From Octopus vulgaris (taxonomy: Eukaryota): 64,000 bases of DNA. Position numbers and translations under genes: made by a program. The DNA is taken from NCBI GenBank assembly GCA_951406725.2, contig OX597818.1, positions 38,564,001 to 38,628,000 of the forward strand, given 5' to 3'. Position 1 is the stretch's first letter. Every line of letters begins with the position of its first letter. The notes under the pieces are model-generated. The model saw only the letters and a program-made list of their open reading frames with translations. It was not told the DNA's origin and made no database searches. Of this stretch, positions 1-10,900 are shown in pieces.

Positions 1-123
1 TCTATTTTAGTTCTTGCCCTCTTTACTTTTTGAATTCAAATGTATTTAACTTGATCCATCATCTCTCCAGTATTTATACCCTTAATGGATACTAGTTGAT
101 TCAATTGATTATAACCTTTCTCA

Positions 124-945
124 GGTGCAGGCATGGCTGTGTGGTTAAGAAGCTTGTTTTGCAACCACATGGTTTCAGGTTCCGTCCTATTGTAGCCCCA
201 AACTGACAAATGCCTTGTGAGTGAATTTGGTAGATGGAAACTGTGTGGAAGTCCATAATTTATATATGTACATGCATGTTTTTGTATTTGTTCCTCCTGG
301 CACTCCCACTGCTTGGCAACCTGGTATCCTGGTGTTTATTTGCTTACCGTAAATCCTCGAGTATAGTCTGCCCTTGAGTATAATACACAGGGAGTTTTTA
401 GGGGGCTGTACTTTTGAAAAACCTAAACCTTGTGTATAATACACACCCCTTCTTTAACATGAGTCGTGTGTAATTAAGCCAGCAGCACCTAGTCGAACAA
501 ACACTTCCGCGCATGCGTAATACAATAATGGTGATGTTCTTAACTGTTATATGGGAATGTAAATATGTTTGCAAATTGTTTTTGTTATTCTGTGTTTGCT
601 TTCAGGCTTAGCTTAAGGTATTTTCGCGCCCGACATCACAAAATGTGTCTGAATAAACATTGCCGGACAGCAAATAGTGACTCGGACATTGTTTAGAAAA
701 TATTTTTCATTTTTAACCTCGTATATAGTACGCACTAGGGACTTTGACCTTTAAATTTTGGGGAAAAAAATGCAGATTATACTCGAGGATTTATGGTACA
801 TCCCTGTAACCTAGCACTTTGACAAAAAAGACCAATATAATAGGCACCGAACTCAAAAATAAGCACAGGGGTCCATTTACTCCACTAAACTCTTCAAGGC
901 TGTGCTTAGTTTCACTGTAACTCAAAGACTGAAACAAATAAAACA
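124..945 (+). mobile_element. tRNA-derived SINE family A (degenerate), interrupted by a MITE
   Basis: Head GGTGCAGGCATGGCTGTGTGGTTAAGAAG, with body and tail matching the other copies. Confidence 0.7.
347..796. mobile_element. Tc1/mariner/pogo-type MITE nested in the SINE
   Basis: TIRs CCGTAAATCCTCGAGTATA / TATACTCGAGGATTTATGG with TA duplications at 345-346 and 797-798. Confidence 0.8.
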
Positions 946-1328
946 TGAAAAAATAAAATAAGGAACGAAAAAATACAAGGCCTTGTATCTTTTACTAAGA
1001 AACTGATATTTTGTTATATGTATTTTTTTTTTGAAGATTATAATCCTTGTGCATTAATTTACAATTAAACATTGTTCGTAAAGCTTCATAAAATATTGAT
1101 ATTATTTTTCTTAGCAGAATATTTATTGCAAAAAATACTTATTTTGCCATTATGTTTTTCAGAATTTTTAATAGAATTGTTTCATTTAGCATCTGGATTA
1201 ATTAAGCTTAATTATTTTGGTTCATCAGTACAATTTGATAATTATTTATATTAAATTAGTAATCTTATTGTTTTTAGATATTATTAAATATGAATTGACA
1301 TGTATTTTTGAATATATATATATATATA

Positions 1329-1424
1329 CTTTATTTAAAAGCAGCAGAAATATAACAAAAGCTGTTACTCAGAGTTTACTCTGAGTAACAGCTTTTGTTA
1401 TATTTCTGCTGCTTTTAAATAAAG
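1329..1424. repeat. Perfect 47-bp inverted repeat with a 2-nt loop
   Basis: 1329-1375 is the exact reverse complement of 1378-1424. Confidence 0.95.
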
Positions 1425-1493
1425 CATATTACTCTACCTCTGGTATTTGAGTACTCTTTTTCCACCTTGTTTCACATTTATGTGCTTACTTCA

Positions 1494-1539
<46 letters not shown>

Positions 1540-1620
1540 ATACATAAGCACATTCATACAAATACAAACAAATACTTGTATGAATATATGTTATTATAGC
1601 CTTACACATATCGCGTACTA

Positions 1621-1656
<36 letters not shown>

Positions 1657-1690
1657 ATATATGCATTTTCTAAGAAATATATTTCTATTT

Positions 1691-2952
1691 CTATCTATTG
1701 TGATTATTTTCATAACCAGAATCATGATAATTATGCAAAGAAAATTTTTTTGCTTGTTCATTTCGTAATGAAAAAATTCCTCTTATACTTCTTTTACTTG
1801 TAGAATTGGAATCCAAATGTATTCCCTCTGAATTTCTTGGAAGTGCAATTTTAACATCTTTGCTAATTGCTTTTATATTTCTTCTGGTAATATTATTTGA
1901 TTCAGGAATAGTTTTTAATATGTAGACATTTGTAGTCTTTGGTTCAATTTTGTTAGTATGTTTTAAACCGAGGGAATTCAAAATTTTCGATTTATTTTCA
2001 AGATTAAGTAATGACTTTAATGTAGAATTATATTTAACAGGAGGATTACTCAATAACGTTTTATCTTGGTTGTAGTTTCTATACGGGTTATAAGACACTT
2101 TACCTCTTTTGGTCGTATATATCTGGTTTGCACCAATTGATACTGTTCCTGAAATACGAGTTTCATATCCTGATGGTGGCTGCTGATAAAGATAATGTAG
2201 TCCTGGTTCTACTATGTAAGGTCCATCTCTAGTAACTGGCCTTTCAAAATTCATTACTGGTATTTGTTGAAGTATGTAAGGTCTAGGTTGTTGTATACTA
2301 AAAGGCACAGAGGGATTGTAAAGTATTGGTGATAACTTTCTAAAACCTTCAAATGGTACATTTTTTCCAGCATAATGATACAAAAGGTTATGTTGAAGCA
2401 ATTGTAGCAGTTTGTTTGGTAATCTAGAATAACTTTTACCATTTTGTCTTAGTGTGTAAAACTTGTATTCAGTGGAAGGTGTAGTATATCCATTATTTGG
2501 CATTGCATATACATTTGACTTTATACCAATATTTGTATTTGGTATTTTGTTTCTGTCTTGAGAGTGTGACATTTCTGAATTAGTTATTGTTTGTAGATGA
2601 GATGTGTCTTTCTTTGAAAGTGTTCTAAAGTCATTATCAAGCATCTGTACATGAGATTTATAACCAGAAAATGGAAGTGTTAAACTTCCTTTTGGCTCAT
2701 GACTCGATTGCTTAAATGCTGGAATTACTGAATTGATTAAATTAGGTATGTTGTTTCTCAGAGCTTTTGGTTTTTTAAGAGGTGCAGATGCGGAGGCATA
2801 ATTGTGAAAAAGAGATCTTTTAATGATGTTCTCCCTCCTTTGTTGGGTTGATGATTGTTTTAAACTCTTTGGATTCTCGGAATTATTTTGGTAGTTTGAA
2901 GACATTTGAACCTTTTGCATAAATATACCGTTCACTGGTACTGCCAAGTTAT
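1691..2952 (-). CDS. Gene A terminal coding exon (~420 aa, basic, Asn/Ser/Lys-rich with a Tyr/Pro-rich middle)
   Basis: ORF 1691..2947 has no 5' ATG but is preceded by acceptor cattttccttcag|AT (2953-2954). Phase 1 joins exon 2 in frame (C|AT = His). Stop TAG at 1691-1693. Joined CDS is 8868 nt = 2955 aa plus stop. Confidence 0.85.
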
Positions 2953-3379
2953 CTGAAGGAAAATGAAATAATGACTTTATCCAATAATGATAAAAGATAT
3001 ATAAGTTAATAAAAATTCAGAAAAACTACATGTATTTCTAAGGAAACCAAAATATGAGTTTCTTGTGCTAGTTTACTAAATACAAAGTGAAGCATTGAAA
3101 ATCTTGCCAAAGCCAGAGCCAGATACAATATTTTATTTCTTTGACTAATTTAACCAAAATATTGGCTTGAATCTGTTTACATTTTTGGACTGGTATCTTA
3201 TCATCTAGTTTTAATTTAATCTTTATTTTAAAATATTTATTCCAATAATCCATTTACAAATATCTATATTTCTAATTCATGCGACTATGAAAAAATGAAT
3301 GTTAAAACCAAAATAAAAAAAAAAACCCATTCCTTTTATGTGTGACATTCTCAGGAGATAAATTAACTAATTTTCCTTT

Positions 3380-3700
3380 AGGATCGAAGTGGTCAAGATA
3401 CATATATTCACCTGGGTAGTATGTTAGTCTATCACAATTTTTACTTATTTGAAGGTATCAATACCACCATGACCGATATCAAATCTACAGTGGAGAAGGC
3501 TAGCCACTGGATTTGGTTAAAAAGAGACGATGAGTGATGGCTAGAAGGATATTGAGCTTTATTTGATAACCAGCTGATCTAGCAAGTGGGGCTTCATATC
3601 AGTGAGAGGGGTCGGTGCGCATTGATGCTGTTGAGAGGTAGGCCCCAAAACGGTGTGCATTCTCTCCTGATGACCCCATACACTTGCTGGCTTCCGGTAT
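3380..3700 (+). mobile_element. Possible Hero/NeSL-like non-LTR element 3' end
   Basis: 3481-3540 translates KSTVEKASHWIWLKRDDE, resembling the AExASxWLWxKR terminus of such elements. Confidence 0.4.
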
Positions 3701-5406
3701 GCGGAGTTTTTGACTGGTAGCACTTGCATGTGCAAGTTGTTTGCAAGACATACAAGCTGACACATTTGCTAATTGTTCACTACTTCTATTGCCAAATAAC
3801 ATTCCGATATATTTTCACATATTGCCAGTTTTACGCTTAGGTGCATTGGACCAAGAAGAGTTAAAAATCGTTGTCAGGGACATGGGGCTGCATAAGTGGC
3901 AAAATGGATATAAACTTTTAAACTAGAAGGCAGTCAGCCCTGTCAATACAACCAATTGCGACTCTCCCACAGATGAAGCAAATAGGTTATTAAGAAGGTT
4001 TAATAAGTTCATTTAGCAAGTATTTTGTGGCTGGATACTCACTTTTTCTAATGCTTTATCTTAAAGTATGATATACATATGTGTATATATATATATATCT
4101 ACATTCCAGTCAGGAGATTTAAGGCAAGCAGAATAATATATATTATCCAAGAATATGATGTAATACTGGTGACTGAGACTGAAGCCTTCACCTCTTCAGT
4201 AATATTCTGGTCTGTTGAGTTAGCAGCTAATGGAATAAAGAAAACAAATTCTAATTATATACAATCTGTAGATTGTAGTAGCAAAGCTTATTTTTAAAAT
4301 CTCAGGATATGGATGCATTCAAACAAGAGTTGATGTAAACTTCTGATTGGCTCAGTCTATAAGGCAGCTTCAGTTCTTTGTTGCATCACTAATGTCTCAT
4401 TCCAGAATGGAAAACAGACATAAAATGATGGTGTTTTATTTCTAATGCCTTTAAGAAAGAAATGAGCATCATTAACATCTTAATAATAATAATGAAATTA
4501 TTGTATACGGTGCTCAGGTGCACTGCATCTTGTTCCTGCTCTTTAATATGCATATGAAACCTTGTACTTATGAAAGAAACTACTTCTTCCCAATGATTTA
4601 TTAATTGACTAGCAATGCACCTTGGCATTGCCTGGGTGTTATGACCTACAACCACGTTGAATTATTTGTTCCTTTCTTATGGGCAGTATCAGCACACAAG
4701 GAGTATGAAGCAAACAACTCTTCTGTATAAACATGTTTTTCAGTCATTTTCTGATGAATAATGCTGCAGTTTCTGTCTACCAAATTCAGTCACAAGTCTG
4801 TGGTTGGCCTATGGCTATAGTAGAAAACACTTGCCCAAGGTACCATGCAAAGGGACTGAACATGGAACCATGTGGTTGGGAAGCAAACTGCTCAAACACA
4901 CAATCATTCTTGCACCTAATATGTGTGTGTTTACATTTGTTGGTAAATCGCATATTGTGTCCCATCATGCCTCAAAGTTAGCAGTTCATCAAGCAGAGAT
5001 CTATAAAATAAATGCCAGATTGAAATATGTACTGAGGTCAGTATGATCAATTAAATTTTGAAGGTGATACCTGATCATGGCGACAGTTGAAAGACTAAAC
5101 CCAGTAAAATAATGTTTAAAGACTTTATGGCTTCAAATTTAAGGTAATGGATTACTAACCACAAGATAATGAGTTCAAATCTTTGTATTGAACTTCCATT
5201 CTATATGATAACAATATATGTACATCTCAGTCTACTTGACTTCCAAGAATGAACAATTCAAATTTGAAGTTGAATAGGTTGCAGTAAGAAAGCTGTCCAG
5301 ATTTCTCAAAAAATTATTGTGCAAAATATTCTGAGAAAAAGTATTTTTTTCACCACAACAAAACACACACACACACACACACACACAGACACAGATACAG
5401 ACACAG

Positions 5407-5469
<63 letters not shown>

Positions 5470-6000
5470 AGTGTGTCTGTGGTAAACAATGTGATATGTC
5501 TGCTACATCTGGGCTAAACAAAGCACAAACATATTTCACATTAAAAGACTGTCTACTAAAAACTACTAATAAAGTTGACAGTATATCTTCGAAATTTCAT
5601 TCCCAGGTAAAACTCCATGTATTTTAAACATTTTCTCATTATGCTCTAAGATATAAAGAGTTGCCTGCCTTAGCTAAACACCGCCAAATTGGTAACCCAG
5701 TTTTTGAATCCATAAGAAACACACACACACACACAAACTTTGTTTTATATATTAAGACTAGCTATTTTGACCCATGCTTTGCTTGGGTTTTGGTGGTGAT
5801 GGCAACCAAACGGTAGCCCTGACCGACTTGCAACCCTCCTCACACCATTGCTCACCCTATCCACCACCCCCCGTGTAAATTTTGGGACTAATCCGACCCC
5901 ATCTACCGCCCCTTAAACTGTTCCCATCCCAAAATGAGACAAATAACCAAGAAATCAAACAACTTTTTGGCAAAACAGTTTTATAGATATTGATAAACAA

Positions 6001-6285
6001 AGCGTAAAGTATAATAGCCATCCCAATATGGCTAACCACTAAGGGTGGGTGTTACTGTAAACCGGTGATTACCGTGCGTTGACAAGAGGCAAATACCTCG
6101 AAACTGCAATCCGTGCGTATCACTTAGGCTTACGAGAGAGGGATGACCTCCCTTTGCAAATACCATAAGGGCATAGATAGTGTGCCTAAAGCCAGCTGGA
6201 GACGATGATCTCCTTGGGCTAAAAGCTACAGTAACACCTACCCTTAGTGGTTAGCCATATTGAGATGGCTATTTTACTTTACGTT
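6001..6285 (+). mobile_element. Hammerhead-bearing retrozyme-like element with an inverted copy of its 3' end
   Basis: 59-bp inverted repeats (6001-6059 / 6227-6285) enclose the hammerhead and a structured 3' module. Homologous to the copies at 44.3 and 57.0 kb. Confidence 0.6.
6064..6124 (+). ncRNA. Type I hammerhead ribozyme fold (U3-A8 core variant)
   Basis: GTGAT-TAC-CGTGCG | TTGACAA | GAGG-CAAATA-CCTC | GAA-AC-TGCA-AT-C | CGTGCG-T-ATCAC. Bulged stem I, stem II with CAAAUA loop, short stem III, AUC triplet. Confidence 0.75.
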
Positions 6286-6507
6286 GTCGAGCGGTTACTG
6301 TTTACATCTCGTTCAGAGATTTATTATTGATGAATAAAGCAGTATTCATTTATTTTGATGTGAATTACCAGTTTTTATACTTCAAGATACAAAATTTAAG
6401 TTTACTCTGTAGTTTTTAGCTCATATCCATGGCATTTGTATCTGATGCCCATTTCATACCTGTCTCATATGCTCAGTAAATTTTTGTTCTTTGTGTGCTA
6501 ATACATA

Positions 6508-7522
6508 TCATCCTCCTCCTCCTTCTCCTCCTCCTCCTCCTCCTATTCTTCTTCTTCCTGCTCCCTCTCCTGCCCTCCCTCTCCTACCCTCCTTCCTTTC
6601 TCCCCTCTCCTCCTCCTCAGCTTTGCCTTTTCTTCTTCTTCTCCTCCTTCCTCCTCTTCATCTTCTTTCCCCGACTCCTCCTCTTCCTCCTCTTCATCTT
6701 CTTTCCCCGACTCCTCCTCTTCCTCCTCTTCATCTTCTTTCCCCGACTCCTCCTCTTCCTCCTCTTCATCTTCTTTCCCCGACTCCTCCTCTTCATCTTC
6801 TTTCCCTGACTCCTCCTCTTCCTCCTCTTCATCTTCTTTCCCCGACTCCTCCTCTTCCTCCTCTTCATCTTCTTTTCCCGACTCCTCCTCTTCCTCTTCC
6901 ACCTTCTCTTCTGCTGCTTCCTCCTCCTCACCTCTCCTCCTCAATACCCTCCTCTTCCCCTCCTCTGCCTCTTCTTCTCCTCCTCCTCCCCTTTCTTTTT
7001 CCTCTTCTTCTTCTTCCTCATACTCCTCCATTTCTTCCTACTCCTCCTCCCCTCTTCTTCCTCCTTCTTTTCTTCTTTTTCTTCTTCATTCTCTTCCTTA
7101 TCTTCCACCTCCTCCTCCTCCTCTTCCACCCTCTATTTCTTATTCCTCCTACTCCTCTTCTGCCTCCTTCTCTTCTTCCTCTCCCTCTCCTCTATTTCTT
7201 CTTCCTCTTTCTCCTTTTCCTTCTCTATTTATTCTTCTTCCTACTCTTCTTCTTCATCCCCTTCTCTCCTTCCTCCTCTTCTTTTTCTTCTTCCTCCTCC
7301 TTCTCTTCTTGTTCCTCCTACTCCTCCTTTCCTCCTCCTCTATTTCTTCTTCCTCCTACTCCTCTTCTTCATCCCCCTTTTCTTCCTCCTTTTCTTTTTC
7401 CTCCTCTTCCTTCTCCTCTATTTCTTCTTCCTTTCTCCTCTTCTTCTTTTTCCTCCTACTGTTCTTCCTCCTTACCTTCTTCTCCCCCCTCCCCTCCTCC
7501 ACCACCTCCCCCTCCCCTCTTC
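6508..7522. repeat. ~1-kb polypyrimidine/polypurine tract with a 36-bp minisatellite (6645-6900)
   Basis: Nearly pure C/T on the plus strand. Unit CTCCTCCTCTTCCTCCTCTTCATCTTCTTTCCCCGA. Confidence 0.95.
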
Positions 7523-7602
7523 TCGAGAAAGAGAGAGAGGGTGTGTGTGTGTGTGAGAGAGGAAGGGTGTGTGTGTGTGTGTGTGTGTGAGGGAGAGAGA
7601 GG

Positions 7603-7635
<33 letters not shown>

Positions 7636-7992
7636 AGCTGTGTATCAAACTTTTCTTCTTCTTCTCCTCCTTCCAAGTATGTACACTTGATAGGCTAGTT
7701 ACTGCAGTATTTGTTCCAAGATAACATCACATCAGGAAATACTGTGTTAAAAATACAATAAACATCAGACCGGGTGTGTGAAAATTCATCCCTGCAACAG
7801 ATACTGCTGGGTATAATACATGGGGTATGATACATCAACTGCATACACCTGATGTGCGTGTGTGCATGTGTATGTGTGTGTGTATGTGTGTGTGTGTGCA
7901 TGTGTATGTGTGTGTCTGCATGCATGCATGTGTGCTTGTGTATGTATGTATGTATGTATGTATATGTACATATGTATGAAAACTCAACTTAC

Positions 7993-10900
7993 GTTTTTGT
8001 GGTTTAGAGCCAGCTGCTTCCTGTTTTAATTCAATCTCTGCTACATGATGTTGGTTTGAAGATGGTTTCCAAATCTGTCTATTATTTCCAGTTTCCAGAA
8101 AAGTCATTAAACCCGTCTGGGGGTTAACTGGTATTGATTTGAATTTGTTTTGTAGTTTTGTGTGTTTTGCTCTTAGTGGTATTCCATTCTTTGCTTGGGT
8201 AAATGTTCCATACATTTTCCTTACTGATATTTCAGGTAAAAGTGTTTGCGTGGTACTTAGTGAGTTTTGTACTATTCCCAAATTTAGCCTGTTTGGCACT
8301 GTTCTTTGCCACATTTTAGGATTTATTCCTTGTGATAACGTTGGAATTATTACTAATCCTCTCATATCTGGCATCATTCGTGATGTTGTATATTGTTCTG
8401 CATTTTGAACAGTTCCAGGTAACATCACTGGTACAGTTCTCAGCAAATTCCCTTGTATATTTCCTGAGGAAATTTGTTGCCCATGTCCACCAAAATTTTG
8501 TTGTCCATTTGCAAGTAATATCCCTTGATCAATTCCAGATAACACCCTTTGACCATTTTTTGGTAATATCATTTGTCTGTTTCCTAGTAAAGCTCCTTGA
8601 ATAGCTTCTGGCGACACACTTTGCCTACCTCCCGTAAAGATCACCTTCCCAGGATTAAGTGAGATCCTTTGCACATTTTTTGGTAAAATTCCATATCCTG
8701 TTCCTGGTAATATCCTTTCCCTAGTCCCTGATACCATTGATTGTCCAGTCCCAGGTAAAATCACATACCAGTTTGCAGGTGACACTCCTTGAACAGTTGG
8801 GAGTAAGATACTTTGCCTATTTGCTGGCAACATCCTTTGCCCACTTCCAAGTGATATATCTTTTCTAATTCCAACTAAGATCCTTTGATTAGTGCCTGGT
8901 AGCACCCTCTGCCCAGTCACAGCTAACATCTCTTTCCCAGTTCCAGGTAAGATCGCCTGTTTGTTTTGTGGTAAGGTCAGTTGCAAAGTTTCTGGAAAGG
9001 TCCCTTTAACAGCTCCAGGTAACATCCCTTGCCAATTTTCTGCTAGGGTCCATTGGAGGGGTCTAGGCAACTCTTCATGCTCAATTACAGCTAAACTCTC
9101 TTGCTGATTGTTACCTAAGCTATGAACAAATTCAGGATACATCTGCTTAGTTCCAATGAAGTTATTTTGAACATTGTCTGATGAAATCATATATCCAGTT
9201 TCAGGTGAAATCCCTTGATGATTTCTTGGTAAAATCCCTTGCACAGGTATAAGTAACACATTTTGCCTATTTCTAAGTAAGATGCCATTAATATTTCCAG
9301 TTAAATCCCTCTGCATATTTTCATTTAATAGTCTATGCTCAGCTTGTGGTAAGACCCCTTGTCCAGTTTTAAGTAACATCCCTTGTCTAGTTCCAGGTAC
9401 CACTACTTGTCTATTTCCAGGAAAGATCCATTGACCATTTTCTGGTAACACCCCTTGTCCAATTTTAGGTACAGTCCAATGGCAATTACCAGGGTAGATC
9501 TCTTTAAGAGTTCCTGGTATCATCACTGGCTTAGCTGGAGGCGGTATTTCTTTCACTGTTCCTAATATTGTCCCTTGCACATTTCCAGGTACCACAACTT
9601 GCATATTTTTAGGTATGTTTCCTTGCAAATTATTTGGGAACCAGCTTTGACTATTGCTAGTTAATATTGTTTGCACATTTCCTTCTACTACCCCTTGCTC
9701 AGCTACAGGTAACAAACTGGGCACAGTTTCAGGAAAATACTCTTGCCTTGCTACAGGTAATATTTCCTTTATACCTCCAGGCAAAATGATTTGCTCTACT
9801 GGTAAAATTCTATGTCTGGTACCATTTAACCTTTCTTGTACATTTTCTGGTAATATCTGTTGTCCAGTTACAGGTGACACATTTTGTCCATTTTTAACTA
9901 AGGCCTTTTGCAAATATCCTGCAAATGTCTCTTGTCCAGTTCCAGGTAACATACCTTGCCTATATCCAAGAAGGAATTTTTGTTTCATTCCTGGTAATGC
10001 TTCTTGCACAATTCCAGATGAAGTTCCTTTCCCAGTTGCATTTAACATCCCTAGCCAATTCCTAGGTAACATCCATATTACATTTCCAGGTAGTGATCCT
10101 TGTTCAGTTGCAGGTAAAATTACTTGCTCATTTTTAGGTAAGATCCTTTGTGCATTTTCTGGTAAGTTCCCCTGTACAAAGATACCCTGTCTTCTTCCTG
10201 GTAGCATTGCCTGTTCAGTTCCAGGTAGTATCCCTTGCCCAGTTCCAAGTAACATACCTTGACCTGTTCCAGGTAATACCCCTTGCTTAAATACAGGTAA
10301 CATCCATTGCTCAGTTACAGGCAATATCTTTTGCTGAGTTCCCTGTAACATCTGTTGTCCAGTTCCAGGTAATATTACTTGCACAATAACAGGTAATGTT
10401 TTTTGTGGAACTGCATGTATCATCCCTTGCTGAGTTCCCGGCAACATCCATTGCTTAATTCCAGGTAACATCTCTTGCCTAGTTGCAGGTAACATGCCTT
10501 GCCTCATTGCAAGTAACTTCACTTTCCCAGCAGGTAATATCCCTTGCCCAGTGTTAGGTACTATTCTTTGCTCAGTGTCTGATAATATTCCTTCAGTAGT
10601 TCCAGGTAAAATCACTTGCTCATTTCCAGGGAACATTCCTTGACCAATTCCAAATAACATTCCCTGTTCATTTGTTGGTGATATCCATTGGTGAGTTATT
10701 GGTAACATCCCTTGTTGAGTTTCTGATAATATTCTTTCTACAGTTCCAGGTAATATCTCTTGCTTAATTCCAGGCATTATCCCTTGCCTAGTTTCAAGTA
10801 ACAACTCTTGCTCAGTAGATGGTAACATCACTTGCTCACTTCCAGGTAACATCACTTGCCCAGTTCTGAAAAGTATCCCTGGTTTAGAAGTTGGTAACAT

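Noticed and set aside
6491-7676. Pro/Leu-rich and Glu-rich ORFs
   Set aside because: A low-complexity CT tract lacks stops by composition, and no convincing splice sites were found.
7835-7992. C-terminal HTHT tail of the 2558-aa ORF
   Set aside because: Read-through past a strong GTAAGT donor into an intronic microsatellite.
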